Positions 20,545-30,616 of a DNA stretch of 64,000 bases are shown here, piece after piece. The translations under genes were made by a program, and so were the position numbers. The notes beneath the pieces were generated by a model, which searched no databases, was not told where the DNA came from, and saw nothing but the letters and a program-made list of their open reading frames with translations. Numbering within the stretch: the stretch's first letter is position 1; each line of letters opens with the position of its first letter. Source of the DNA: an uncultured candidate division Zixibacteria bacterium (GTDB taxonomy: Bacteria; Zixibacteria; MSB-5A5; UBA10806); NCBI GenBank assembly GCA_963817915.1, contig CAWFQL010000016.1:256001-320000 (forward strand), in the 5' to 3' direction.

Positions 20545-21267
20545 ATGGCAGCCATATCCAAAATTGAATGGACTGAATCATCCTGGAACCCCGTAACCGG
20601 ATGCGATAGAGTAAGCCCCGGATGCGCTCATTGCTATGCCGAACGCATGGCTCACCGCCTGCAACGAATCGGTCAAATTCGATATAGAGATGGATTCAGA
20701 GTTACATTGCAAGAGGATTTAATTGATCTCCCCTTAAAATGGAAAAGGCCAAGACTCATTTTTGTAAATTCGATGGGAGATTTATTTCATGAAAACATTC
20801 CGGACGAATTCATTTTCAATATTTTTCAGACAATGCAAATGGCTTCCTGGCACATTTTTCAAATTCTGACGAAAAGATCTGAAAGGCTAATGAAACTAAG
20901 CCATTTAATAGATTGGCCGGAAAATGTCTGGATGGGGGTCACTGCGGAATCGTTCAAATACATTGACCGAATAAAGGATCTGCAGAAAGTCCCGGCTAAA
21001 GTGAAATTTGTTTCAATGGAACCTCTTTTGGGCCCTATTCCTAAATTCCCATATAAAAATATAGATTGGGTTATAGTTGGCGGTGAGTCGGGCCCGAAAT
21101 CCAGACCGATGGAGGAAAATTGGGTCCTGGAAATTAGAAATCAATGCAAAGCTAATGATATTCCCTTTTTCTTCAAACAATGGGGCGGCGTTCACAAGAA
21201 GAAAAATGGCAGGCTTTTAGAAGGCAAGATATGGGATGAGACGCCCAAAATCGAATACGTCTATTAA
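20545..21267 (+). CDS. DUF5131 / phage Gp37-Gp68 family protein (radical-SAM-like Cx6Cx2C)
   Basis: SKIEWT..SWNPVTGCDRVSPGCAHCYAE, FVNSMGDLFH, LTKR, SMEPLLG, WVIVGGESG, FFFKQWGG. Confidence 0.92.
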   Translation: MAAISKIEWTESSWNPVTGCDRVSPGCAHCYAERMAHRLQRIGQIRYRDGFRVTLQEDLIDLPLKWKRPRLIFVNSMGDLFHENIPDEFIFNIFQTMQMASWHIFQILTKRSERLMKLSHLIDWPENVWMGVTAESFKYIDRIKDLQKVPAKVKFVSMEPLLGPIPKFPYKNIDWVIVGGESGPKSRPMEENWVLEIRNQCKANDIPFFFKQWGGVHKKKNGRLLEGKIWDETPKIEYVY

Positions 21268-21282
21268 TTAATCTTTCTTTTC

Positions 21283-24201
21283 CTACTTCATCAACAGCAT
21301 CTTTATAGTCGCGGATTTTTCGCTAGTGTTAAGACGAGCGAAATATATTCCCGACGGATATTCGCTGGCATTCCATATAATCTCATGATACCCCGCATCC
21401 CTGCGGCCATCAAACAATTCTACTACCCGTTGACCGACAATATTGTAAATCGATATCGCGACCTCGGTAGCTTTCGGCAGTTGATAGCTGATCTTTGTCG
21501 ATGGGTTAAACGGATTCGGATAATTCTGAAGCAGCGCAACCTTATTGGGCAAAGAAGCGTTATGCTCGTCAACCGAGTTTCTTGTTTCTCCTAGTTCATC
21601 CAAAACACGATAGAGAATATCGTACGATGCCGGCTCTTCCACATAGTAAAGCGGGAATTCCATTACACCCGTATTAAAATTCTGTCCATGGTGGATTATG
21701 CCGATGGGACGATCATGATAAATCGAAGTGTCCGGATTTACGGCTACATACTTATAGATTACTTCGGAACTATCATTGGGAATCAATGTTCCAATACCCA
21801 TGAGCCGTCCCGTATGATCATTGGGGGGGACAATTATCCTGCGCGCTCTTGTCGTATCGACATCGAAATCAGGAAATCCCTCAACCACAGAATGGCCGCC
21901 GATAAACTCCGAATTGTGTGAGGATGGAAACTCCACTCCCGCTAAGTTCAAAAACCGCCAGGCAAAATCATTCGGAACATAATCATGCCTGCCATAGAAG
22001 TTCTGATTCACCACGAGCCTGGTGCCGAACAAAAGAAGGTTGCCGCCCGCATTCAGATAATCAGTATAAAGGTGACTTTGGTCTCCAGGATCGAATATTA
22101 GCCTCCCGGAATATAATTCCTTACACAACACAACAGTCGAATAGCCTACTAGATCGGAAATTGAATACGGCGCTCTGTTTAATATTGTATAGTTATATTC
22201 ACTGAAAATATTATCGTAGAACACCATCATCGAATCGTAATCGGGATTATTAAAATCATCGCGGTTACCATTGACAATCAGAATACCGGCGCCAAACCAC
22301 ATCGGAATTGCCGAGGCCGTATCCGACGCTGCCGATGAGTTGCCAACTGAATCCAAGGCCGTGATGTAATAATAATAGGTAATCCCATTCCCGACAACCT
22401 GATCGAGATAGCTGCTATCGGGCGCAAAGTCTATCAACTCAAAACCATATGTATGTTCCGAACGGTATATATTGTATCCAATAATATCATTTTCCCGCAA
22501 AACATTCCAGGTAAGCTGAACCTGCAAGTCGCCGCCAGTGGCAGTCAATCCTTGCGGCATGTGCGGCCGACCGGAATTGATCGGTATTTCGCTTGAAAAG
22601 CCTCCTTGAATACCGGAAATATCGACCGAGGCTATCGCATAATAATATTGGGTATTGTCCTGTACCGTGTTATCGACAAAAACCGTATCTGTAAAATTAT
22701 CCGGCGTGATCGGCTCTGACCCGTATACACCCGGCGCGGTCCCGCGATATAAATTGTAATGGGCAAACCGAGGGCTGTTTTTTCGACTCCATATGAAGCT
22801 GATTTGGCTGCCGCTCCATTCGGTCACTCGTAGATTACGTGGCGGGCCAAGCGGAATATTCGCGTATCCCCTATTATAAAAATTAATTGCCGAATCAGCC
22901 GAAGCATATAGATTTGAAAAATTCAAATTATTATAATATTGCCTGATCGAAATTGTATCGCCGGTATGATCTTGGAGATTCTGCGCAAAATTCTGAGGAT
23001 CTACATGGAGATGCTGACCGCCAATATACGCCACAGTCAATGTCTCAACCGAATTGGGTGAAAACTGAAACGGTCCAAATGAAATCAGGTATTGCGTGTC
23101 AATGCCATCGGCAATACTAGTGGCATTCGCGCACGGCTCAATCCATCCACTGCCGCTATAATCGATGGCTGCATACGCCTGATCGTAGTCGTGTTCGCCA
23201 TTAGACATTACCTGGTATTTTGCCTTATCTCCTCCGGGAGTCCCTCTTCCGCCGCCAGGGAAGACTCCCCATCTATCGAAATTGCTGATTAATTGCGGCC
23301 CCCAATCGATTTCCGAGCTTGTATTGCTAATCCACCAATTAAAATTTGTCTGCGGAGTTCCCTGTGATGTTCCCAATAACATCAGACCCAAAACTCCCAG
23401 CGGACTTCGATAATCAAATTGACCATTGTAAGGCTGGCCATCATTATCCGCTGTCCAGGCAATATCATGTCCCGAATATTCGACGAATCCGCTTAAATCA
23501 TCTATCCAGCCCGGATCGAAAGGATCCTCGCTCGGATAATAAACATCTCCGTTATAATATATCCCAAACCAAACATTATGAAGATTCCGTCCGCCGATAT
23601 TTTCGACCACAAACTTTAGAATCGCCAGGTCATTGTAGCCGATTGTGCTCCAGCCGAAACTATTTTGCGTAATTCTCAAACCCAGTGGTATATGCGGCCT
23701 GCCGTCATTAGGATCCGGCGCAACAAATCTCCGGTCGGTAAATGTGTCACAATATATGGCCGCGATATCCTCATCCCCAATATCATAGATTCGCCGCAAT
23801 GATTCATCAGCTGGCAATGGGGGAAACCATTCCCAGGTATTGCTCCACCATCCGTCATTGCCTACGGAAACCAGGGTATCGAGAATCGGATTGCCGGATG
23901 AATCGAATGTATCGATTTCAGCGCCAATCCAGATAGAGCCGAAAAAGAGATTCTCGATTCCTGAATTGGCCGGAAAGATGGCCCCCGGAGCATACCAGCC
24001 ATTGTCAGGGTCAGGAATGAAACTATTCATAGACCCTATCAAGCCAAAGTTCGTTACTGAAAAATTGATATTGGGCTCACGATGTACGAGCAATCGGGTT
24101 TCAGGCAAATCCAGGATATGGGAAAAATTGTTGGGTCGCTGTCCGGCAGTGGCTGATGAACAAATGACCAAAATGCTGAAAAGCAATATCACTTTTTTCA
24201 T
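21283..24201 (-). CDS. Large secreted protein with fibronectin type III repeats and a C-terminal T9SS-type-A/FlgD-like sorting domain
   Basis: Signal peptide; FN3 motifs (YNLYRG..YYYAIASVD, YNIYRS..YYYYITALD); C-terminal LLQNYPNPFNPSTKISY..IYNIVGQRV..SGIYFARL. Confidence 0.8.
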   Translation of the reverse strand: MKKVILLFSILVICSSATAGQRPNNFSHILDLPETRLLVHREPNINFSVTNFGLIGSMNSFIPDPDNGWYAPGAIFPANSGIENLFFGSIWIGAEIDTFDSSGNPILDTLVSVGNDGWWSNTWEWFPPLPADESLRRIYDIGDEDIAAIYCDTFTDRRFVAPDPNDGRPHIPLGLRITQNSFGWSTIGYNDLAILKFVVENIGGRNLHNVWFGIYYNGDVYYPSEDPFDPGWIDDLSGFVEYSGHDIAWTADNDGQPYNGQFDYRSPLGVLGLMLLGTSQGTPQTNFNWWISNTSSEIDWGPQLISNFDRWGVFPGGGRGTPGGDKAKYQVMSNGEHDYDQAYAAIDYSGSGWIEPCANATSIADGIDTQYLISFGPFQFSPNSVETLTVAYIGGQHLHVDPQNFAQNLQDHTGDTISIRQYYNNLNFSNLYASADSAINFYNRGYANIPLGPPRNLRVTEWSGSQISFIWSRKNSPRFAHYNLYRGTAPGVYGSEPITPDNFTDTVFVDNTVQDNTQYYYAIASVDISGIQGGFSSEIPINSGRPHMPQGLTATGGDLQVQLTWNVLRENDIIGYNIYRSEHTYGFELIDFAPDSSYLDQVVGNGITYYYYITALDSVGNSSAASDTASAIPMWFGAGILIVNGNRDDFNNPDYDSMMVFYDNIFSEYNYTILNRAPYSISDLVGYSTVVLCKELYSGRLIFDPGDQSHLYTDYLNAGGNLLLFGTRLVVNQNFYGRHDYVPNDFAWRFLNLAGVEFPSSHNSEFIGGHSVVEGFPDFDVDTTRARRIIVPPNDHTGRLMGIGTLIPNDSSEVIYKYVAVNPDTSIYHDRPIGIIHHGQNFNTGVMEFPLYYVEEPASYDILYRVLDELGETRNSVDEHNASLPNKVALLQNYPNPFNPSTKISYQLPKATEVAISIYNIVGQRVVELFDGRRDAGYHEIIWNASEYPSGIYFARLNTSEKSATIKMLLMK

Positions 24202-24307
24202 GTGCCCTCCTCAAAGGCAACGCAGTATTTTCTAATAATACAATAATAATGTAAGAATATTCCCCGAAACAGCAAGCTATTTTTTAATTATAAATGATTT
24301 CTTATAG

Positions 24308-24526
24308 CGGTGTCAGGAATCCCTTCCTGAAACCTTACACGGGGAACGGTCATGAAGGGATTCATGACCGCGCATCAAAAAACAATGAGCCTGTAGGGGA
24401 TTTGATTTATCAAACCCGACCTGGAATATCAAATACTTCTTGTAGGGGCGTTTGAAAAAACGCCCTTATGCTTTATGAGAATTTATAAGCATTTTCATTG
24501 TCGAAACCGTAAAGGTTTCGATATAC
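24308..24526. repeat. Cluster of five palindromic REP-like units
   Basis: gtcaggaatcccttcctga, cggtcatgaagggattcatgaccg, GTAGgggatttgatttatcaaaccc (24393), GTAGgggcgtttgaaaaaacgccc (24442), gtcgaaaccgtaaaggtttcgatatac (24500). Confidence 0.75.
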
Positions 24527-24532
24527 TGCATG

Positions 24533-25894
24533 TTATTCTTGACCAGTCAGGCCGAATTTCTTGAGCTTCTTGGATAGATTCCCGCGGTCAATCTTTAATA
24601 ACTTGGAAGCCCGCGTTATATTGCCATCGGTTTCGCGCAGGATATCCTCCAATAGCGATTTTTCGAAACGTAACAGATATTCCCGCAATGATAACTGTTT
24701 GCCCGCAGGCCCTAACTTTTTTGCGTCGTCGCCCTGCATACCGGCCAATGATTCCCTGATATCGACATCCGAAACGATATCGCCGTAGCAGAGGGCGGCG
24801 CTGCGCTCGATAATATTCTTCAATTCGCGAATATTCCCCGGCCAGTCATAGGCGGTCAATGACGATATGGCGGCGGAATCGAGTTTCAAATGTCCATAGC
24901 CGAGGTTATCTAGAAAAAATCGCGCCAATAATGGGATATCTTCCTTGCGATTTCTCAATGGCGGCACAAATACGGGTATGACATTCAATCGAAAATATAA
25001 ATCCTCCCGAAAACGGCCGTCATGTGTCTCCTTCTGAAGATCCTTATTCGATGCCGATATCACACGGACATCTACTCGTATTTCCTTTGATCCCCCGACC
25101 CGTTCTATAGTGGAGGTCTCAATTGCCCGGAGAAGTTTCGCCTGATGATCCGGCCTTAGCTCCCCGACTTCATCAAGAAAGATACTTCCGCTGTCGGCCA
25201 ATTCGAATTTCCCTTTGCGCGACGCTACCGCCCCGGTAAATGACCCCTTCTCATGGCCGAAGAGCTCGGACTCGAAAAGATTTTCCGGTATGGCGGCGCA
25301 GTTGATCGCAATAAATGGCCCCGAGGCTCGATTCGACGAAAAATGAATAAACCGGGCCGCCATTTCCTTGCCTGCCCCAGGCTCGCCGTAGATATATACC
25401 CTGCTATCGGTACCCGATACCCGGCGTAATTTCTCGCGCATCGCCATTGCCGACGCCGATTCGCCGATTATGTCATTCTGTAATGCCAACGATCTGCGCA
25501 ATCGCCCGACCTCGGACTCCAAAGATTTGTGTTTGATTGCGATCTCCGAATCAAGGAGTAATTTTTGCGGATCGGGCGGCTTTTCGATGACATTGAATGC
25601 CCCCAATCTGGTGGCCTCAATCGCTTTTTGAATAGTCGCCTGCCCTGATACTATAATAACCGGCGCCGATATTTTGGCATCCTTGATAGATTTCAATAGA
25701 TCGATACCGTCGACATCCGGCAATCCCAAATCGAGAATGATAAGATCGAAGCTATTATCGCTGACTAATTCCATGGCGATGTGCCCGGTCTGCGCTCCAA
25801 CAGGTTGATACCCCTGATCGCGGTATAGTGAAGACAATGAATCAATTATATTTTTGTCGTCATCGATTATCAAAATGGTGTGTTTTTTCGACAT
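24533..25894 (-). CDS. sigma54-dependent response regulator (NtrC/NtrX family; REC-AAA-HTH)
   Basis: REC (IIDDD, LDLGLP), GEPGAGKE, ESELFGHEKGSFTGA, FLDEVG, REDLYFRLNV, WPGNIREL; start set at ATG 25894. Confidence 0.93.
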   Translation of the reverse strand: MSKKHTILIIDDDKNIIDSLSSLYRDQGYQPVGAQTGHIAMELVSDNSFDLIILDLGLPDVDGIDLLKSIKDAKISAPVIIVSGQATIQKAIEATRLGAFNVIEKPPDPQKLLLDSEIAIKHKSLESEVGRLRRSLALQNDIIGESASAMAMREKLRRVSGTDSRVYIYGEPGAGKEMAARFIHFSSNRASGPFIAINCAAIPENLFESELFGHEKGSFTGAVASRKGKFELADSGSIFLDEVGELRPDHQAKLLRAIETSTIERVGGSKEIRVDVRVISASNKDLQKETHDGRFREDLYFRLNVIPVFVPPLRNRKEDIPLLARFFLDNLGYGHLKLDSAAISSLTAYDWPGNIRELKNIIERSAALCYGDIVSDVDIRESLAGMQGDDAKKLGPAGKQLSLREYLLRFEKSLLEDILRETDGNITRASKLLKIDRGNLSKKLKKFGLTGQE

Positions 25895-25944
25895 GGAGAT
25901 ATTTAAAGAGAATATCGGACTTAAGTCAACAAAATTAGAGCCTC

Positions 25945-26350
25945 GGTCGTAAGTGGGGTTCCAAATGAACGTGGCGCATGAGAAACCCGACAGCGGCGTA
26001 TTATTGTTGCGCGTCAGGGCTTGCCCTGACCGCAAAGACGCCAGGATGCGGTCACGGCGAGCCGTGACTCGCAGGAAAACACCCCGAGAAAATGTCTGGA
26101 CTATCGTACCCCGGCTGAGTTATTTTTGAAAAAACTGTTGCACTTCAAACGTGAATCCATCTTCCTGCTTTCGCAGGAATGACAAGAAACGCCTGTCATT
26201 CCGCATCCGTCAGTCGCCGGACTGAAGACAGCTTGATGCGGAATCCATCTTACTCTTTTAATTTTCACGCATCGTCAGTCATGTAGGTCATTTTCCCTGA
26301 AAAATGACATCAGGTATTTTTCGTCAGGTCGCAGGCGACCTGACCTATTT
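25945..26350. repeat. Mosaic cluster of REP-like palindromes
   Basis: 26007-26076 doublet (near-identical at 35075-35145); 26191-26250 gcctgtcattccgca..cttgatgcggaatccat (also 32347 and 35180); GTAGgtcattttccctgaaaaatgac 26283; gtcaggtcgcaggcgacctgacctat 26323. Confidence 0.85.
26078..26182 (+). mobile_element. IS30-family right-end remnant (last transposase codons plus right inverted repeat)
   Basis: Reads NTPRKCLDYRTPAELFLKKLLHFKRES (IS30 C-terminal NxxPRKCLxxxTP motif); tgttgcacttcaaacgtgaatccat resembles the IS30 IRR pattern TGTTGCA...TGAATC. Confidence 0.75.
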
Positions 26351-26401
26351 CCCAGCATCAACTCCCTGAATTATCGTGCGAATTCTTCATTTTTATTTTT
26401 C

Positions 26402-26429
26402 TTGACTCAATTGGAATAATCCCTATATT
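26402..26429 (+). promoter_or_regulatory. sigma70 promoter of the rpmH operon
   Basis: TTGACT-N16-TATATT. Confidence 0.6.
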
Positions 26430-26455
26430 GCAAGTCTATTTAGAAAGAGGAATTT

Positions 26456-26599
26456 ATGAAAAGAACATTTCAACCATCTGAAAGAAAACGAAAAAACGAC
26501 CACGGATTCCGCTCCAGAATGGCCACTAAGGCCGGACGGGATGTGCTCAAACGCCGCCGCGCCAGAGGCCGCAAGAAACTTACGGTTTCAGACGAATAA
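26456..26599 (+). CDS. rpmH: 50S ribosomal protein L34 (47 aa, below the ORF-track cutoff)
   Basis: [54 protein letters not shown]. Confidence 0.98.
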   Translation: MKRTFQPSERKRKNDHGFRSRMATKAGRDVLKRRRARGRKKLTVSDE

Positions 26600-26617
26600 T
26601 TCATAGTGGAGTCCGGC

Positions 26618-26977
26618 ATGGCCGAATCCAAAAAATTATTAGATTGCTCGTACCCTCGCGAGAATCGACTCCGAGGGCGTTCGAATTTTCTGAATTTATT
26701 GCGGGGCAGGGCATCAAAACGTCTCAAGGGACGATTTTGCGAAATTATTATTGGCGCATCCTCCGATAGTTTCACGAAATTTGGAATTCGGGTTTCCAAG
26801 ACTGCCGGGGATTCTCCCCGCAGAAATCGTATCAAACGGATTATCCGCGAATACCTGCGCAATAATAAGGATCATTGGCCCAAGGACAAATCGATCATTA
26901 TCAGTGTCAGATCCGTAATTGAAAACGAATCTGGATTGATTGGCGAGATCGATGATATTATTAAAGAATTCAAATGA
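26618..26977 (+). CDS. rnpA: Ribonuclease P protein component
   Basis: [24 protein letters not shown] (RNR motif); synteny. Confidence 0.93.
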   Translation: MAESKKLLDCSYPRENRLRGRSNFLNLLRGRASKRLKGRFCEIIIGASSDSFTKFGIRVSKTAGDSPRRNRIKRIIREYLRNNKDHWPKDKSIIISVRSVIENESGLIGEIDDIIKEFK

Positions 26978-27195
26978 ATAAATTGGCTGGCAGATTTTTA
27001 TCAATAATCGTTAAGGTCTATCAAAACACAATTGGCATAGCGTTCGGCGGACATTGCCGATTCTATCCATCGTGTTCTGAATATTCGAGGCAATCATTTT
27101 CAAAATATGGAGCATTTAAGGGATTCCTGATGTCGATTTGGCGAGTACTGCGCTGCAACCCATGGAATCATGGCGGCTATGACCCTGTAAAATAG
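26974..27195 (+). CDS. yidD: Membrane protein insertion efficiency factor
   Basis: [10 protein letters not shown]...[14 protein letters not shown]. Confidence 0.96.
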   Translation: MNKLAGRFLSIIVKVYQNTIGIAFGGHCRFYPSCSEYSRQSFSKYGAFKGFLMSIWRVLRCNPWNHGGYDPVK

Positions 27196-27205
27196 AAGTG
27201 GAATT

Positions 27206-28924
27206 ATGGATAAGCGTGCAATTTTAGGTTTTGTAGTAATAATGGCGTTGCTTTTGCTTTGGCAGCCGATTTGGAATACCTTTTTCCCGCCGCCGCCAAT
27301 GCCTTCCAAGCCAATTAGCGATACAACCGTTGCAACTTCGGACAGTTCAGTTGCGACCGCATCTTCTTCAAGACCATCAGCCGCACAGCCAGTCTCGCTT
27401 GCCCCGGTAGATTCTGCGGCAATCGCGGAAATGAATAAAGAACCCGAAAAACTCATCTTAATCGATACCAAACGCCTCAGAATAGTGCTATCATCGAGGG
27501 GTGGCACGGTCAAAAATATCATTTTGAAGGACTATGTCAGTTTTGACACGACCTCGGTTTCGCTGATAGACACGATCAGCAATTCCAGCTGGGGACGACA
27601 TGGAGCCCTTACAATCGGCTATTCTGATGAAATTCCAGCCTTCAATTCATATAATTTTAGGGTTGAAAGCCCCAATCTGACGCTTTCTCCTGCCGATACC
27701 ATGCAGAGTGTTATTTTTACATACCAGGCTACTTCTGGCGCCCAAATCACGAAAAAGTATACCTTTCATTACAATGGTTTCCAATTTGATTTCAATTTGG
27801 ATATAAAAAATCCACAGGAGCTTGGCCTGAAAGATGGAATTACGGTTGGTTGGTTTGCGCCTCAGCAACGGACAGAACTCGACCATTCGCAGGATAAAGG
27901 CAAACTTGGCGGATTTTTTGCCATGGGCGGAGCATTTGATAGCTTCAATGGTCTTAAGGATGGCGTATTGAAAAAAGCGGCCACCGGGCCTGTCGATTGG
28001 GTTGCAAATCGCACCAAATATTTTACGGCGGTATTGCTCGCCAAGTCCAGCCCAGGACAGGAAGTTGTCGTGGTTGGCAGCCAAACAGATCGAATTGACT
28101 ACAACGGTGCGCATTATTTATGGGAACAGTATGGTGTCGGCATGACATACAACAGTCCCGGCAGCGAAGTATCATTGGCATTCAATATTTACGCCGGCCC
28201 TCTCGATTATGACACGTTGCGCGACCTTGGATATGGGCTTTCAGGATTGGTCGATATGGGCTGGAAGGTTTTTCGGCCGTTTGCCATAGCGATTCTCTGG
28301 CTCTTCACATCGATACACAAATTTATTCCCAATTATGGCGCGGTAATAATAGTCTTCTCGATAATCATGAAATTGATCTTCTGGCCATTGTCTCAAAAAA
28401 GCGCCAAATCGATGTATAAGATGAAGGAAATACAGCCCCGGCTTCAGGAAATAAAGGAAAAATATAAAAACGAGCCAGCGAAATTCCAGCAGGAGACAAT
28501 GAAGGCCTATAAAGAATTCGGCGTCAATCCATTTGGCTCTTGTCTCCCGATGCTGATTCAATTGCCGGTATTTTGGGCGCTGTATTCAGTGCTTTCCAAT
28601 ACGATCGAATTACGGGGTGCGCATTTTATATTCTGGATAACAGATCTTTCACAGGCCGATCCATCCTCCAAATATCTGTTTGGCCTTGTCGGCATATTGC
28701 CGATTATTATGGGAGTTGCCATGTTTTTCCAGCAGAAGGCGACTATTACCGATCCCAAGCAAAAGATGATGGTGTATTTGATGCCGGTAATTTTCACGTT
28801 CCTGTTTTCGCGCTGGGCATCGGGACTTGTGCTATATTGGACAATGTTCAGCCTTATCGGGATTTTCGAGCAATGGTATATGGTGAAAAATTTGGAATCG
28901 GAGAAAAAAACCGTATCGGTATGA
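27206..28924 (+). CDS. yidC: Membrane protein insertase
   Basis: N-terminal TM, periplasmic domain, YAGP, NYGAVII, GVNPFGSCLPMLIQLPVF, GLVLYW. Confidence 0.97.
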   Translation: MDKRAILGFVVIMALLLLWQPIWNTFFPPPPMPSKPISDTTVATSDSSVATASSSRPSAAQPVSLAPVDSAAIAEMNKEPEKLILIDTKRLRIVLSSRGGTVKNIILKDYVSFDTTSVSLIDTISNSSWGRHGALTIGYSDEIPAFNSYNFRVESPNLTLSPADTMQSVIFTYQATSGAQITKKYTFHYNGFQFDFNLDIKNPQELGLKDGITVGWFAPQQRTELDHSQDKGKLGGFFAMGGAFDSFNGLKDGVLKKAATGPVDWVANRTKYFTAVLLAKSSPGQEVVVVGSQTDRIDYNGAHYLWEQYGVGMTYNSPGSEVSLAFNIYAGPLDYDTLRDLGYGLSGLVDMGWKVFRPFAIAILWLFTSIHKFIPNYGAVIIVFSIIMKLIFWPLSQKSAKSMYKMKEIQPRLQEIKEKYKNEPAKFQQETMKAYKEFGVNPFGSCLPMLIQLPVFWALYSVLSNTIELRGAHFIFWITDLSQADPSSKYLFGLVGILPIIMGVAMFFQQKATITDPKQKMMVYLMPVIFTFLFSRWASGLVLYWTMFSLIGIFEQWYMVKNLESEKKTVSV

Positions 28925-28949
28925 CCCCTGATCTGATTATGAAAATTAT

Positions 28950-28979
28950 TGGGGGTCGCGCCGTGCGGCCCCTTTTTTG
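28950..28979 (+). terminator. Intrinsic terminator after yidC
   Basis: gggggtcgc-gccgt-gcggcccc followed by a T-tract. Confidence 0.65.
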
Positions 28980-28997
28980 TCTTTTGGAGACCAATCG

Positions 28998-29086
28998 GTC
29001 ATTGCGAGGAGACCGGCAGTTGCCGGTCGACGAAGCAATCTGAAGGCTGAACCACTCACAGATTGCTTCGCTTCGCTCGCAAAGAC
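28998..29086. repeat. Multi-stem palindromic element (gtcattgcgag...gaagcaatc...gattgcttcg...ctcgcaaagac)
   Basis: Outer stem plus inner stems gaccggca/tgccggtc and cgaagcaatctg/cagattgcttcg. Confidence 0.8.
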
Positions 29087-29097
29087 AGAAAAATAAA

Positions 29098-30495
29098 ATG
29101 ACAAATCAAAAACCTGATATCATCTGCGCCGTAGCGACATCCCCCGGTAAATCGGCTTTAGCTATGATTCGGCTATCCGGAGATGGCTGCATCAAATTGG
29201 CTTCGAAGGCGATTCCGGCACTGGCAACAATCACAGCCGGAGACACCCGCAAGCTCTTTCATGATTTCATATATGACTCTAATGGCTCGCCAATCGATGA
29301 AATCACTGCCATCCCATATTTTGCCCCGAAAAGCTATTCTGGCGAGGAGATGGTCGAAATAATATGCCACGGTGGCTTTATGGCATCGCAGACTATTATT
29401 CGATTGTTGGTATCATTGGGCACGCGTATCGCCGAGCCCGGTGAATTCACCAAACGAGCCTTCCTCAATGGCCGTATATCATTATCGCAAGCGGAATCCG
29501 TAGCGGCGGCAATCGAGGCCAAATCAGAACTCGCGCTCAGGGCGGCCGCGATGAATCTCAAAGGCCAATTGCATGAACGATTGGAAAAAATTCGATCCGA
29601 TCTTGTTAATACATTGGCTCAGATTGAAGCCGAAATTGATTTTTCCGACGAAGAGATCGAAAAAACATCATCGGAGAAAATAACGCCATTGATCAATCGG
29701 CTTATCCTCGAAGCCGAGAATATTCTCAGCACGTATGATTTTGGACGAGGTCTGAATTACGGCTATAAAATCGCCATTGTCGGCAAAACCAATGTCGGCA
29801 AATCATCACTTCTCAATGCTCTCTTGCGCCGTGAACGGGCAATTGTGACCGATATCCCCGGCACAACTCGCGACACGCTCACAGAATGGATTGCAATTAA
29901 AGGCTTCCCGATCCTACTGACCGATACCGCCGGATTAAGAACCGATGGCGACGCAGTCGAGCAAATTGGCCAAAACCGAACCCGCGATGAAATCGAACGC
30001 GCCGATATTATTCTATTTTTAAATGACTGCTCTGCACTCCTTGATAATGACGACAGGCTAATCGCGGAATCGATCAAGAACAAACATGTGATTCTAGTGA
30101 AAACCAAACGTGACCTTATTCCAGCGGGCTTCGCGGCCTTAACTCAAAATACTGGCGGGAATCAAAGCTCCAAAGAATCCTGGCCGACGGTCTCGGTCTC
30201 CGCTTTGAAGGGAGATGGGCTCGAAGAGCTTAAAGATACAATCGCGAATGAACTGCATCTCGAAAAGTTTAGTCTTGAATCCGCGGTACTTGCCACCGAA
30301 CGGCAATTTCGCGCCATGACGCTCGCCCGGCAATCGTTTATTCATGCATCGGATGAATTGCGCGCCGGTCAATCAATGGAAGTGATAGCACTATTTTTGC
30401 GCGAATCATTGGAACATCTCGGTGAATTGGTAGGCGAAACCACGAATGAGGATATTTTAGAAAATATTTTCAGCCACTTCTGTATTGGGAAATAG
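29098..30495 (+). CDS. mnmE: tRNA modification GTPase MnmE/TrmE
   Basis: PGEFTKRAFLNGR, GKTNVGKSSLLN, PGTTRD, DTAG, C-terminal FCIGK. Confidence 0.97.
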   Translation: MTNQKPDIICAVATSPGKSALAMIRLSGDGCIKLASKAIPALATITAGDTRKLFHDFIYDSNGSPIDEITAIPYFAPKSYSGEEMVEIICHGGFMASQTIIRLLVSLGTRIAEPGEFTKRAFLNGRISLSQAESVAAAIEAKSELALRAAAMNLKGQLHERLEKIRSDLVNTLAQIEAEIDFSDEEIEKTSSEKITPLINRLILEAENILSTYDFGRGLNYGYKIAIVGKTNVGKSSLLNALLRRERAIVTDIPGTTRDTLTEWIAIKGFPILLTDTAGLRTDGDAVEQIGQNRTRDEIERADIILFLNDCSALLDNDDRLIAESIKNKHVILVKTKRDLIPAGFAALTQNTGGNQSSKESWPTVSVSALKGDGLEELKDTIANELHLEKFSLESAVLATERQFRAMTLARQSFIHASDELRAGQSMEVIALFLRESLEHLGELVGETTNEDILENIFSHFCIGK

Positions 30496-30616
30496 GCCGT
30501 CATTGAGGCCGATTAGCCCGGCACCTCAACCTAAATGTGGTCTAAAGAATACTTGTCAATTTATCAGCCTATATTTATATTGCCCTTGGGAAAGAACAAT
30601 TGATCACGGAGTATCA

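Noticed and set aside
25895..26035. 47-aa N-terminal extension of the sigma54 regulator in the ORF track
   Set aside because: It runs through promoter and REP sequence; the REC domain starts at ATG 25894
26470..26862. 130-aa minus-strand ORF and the many other short antisense or alternate-frame ORFs
   Set aside because: Shadows of well-supported genes (here rpmH and rnpA) with no recognisable motifs
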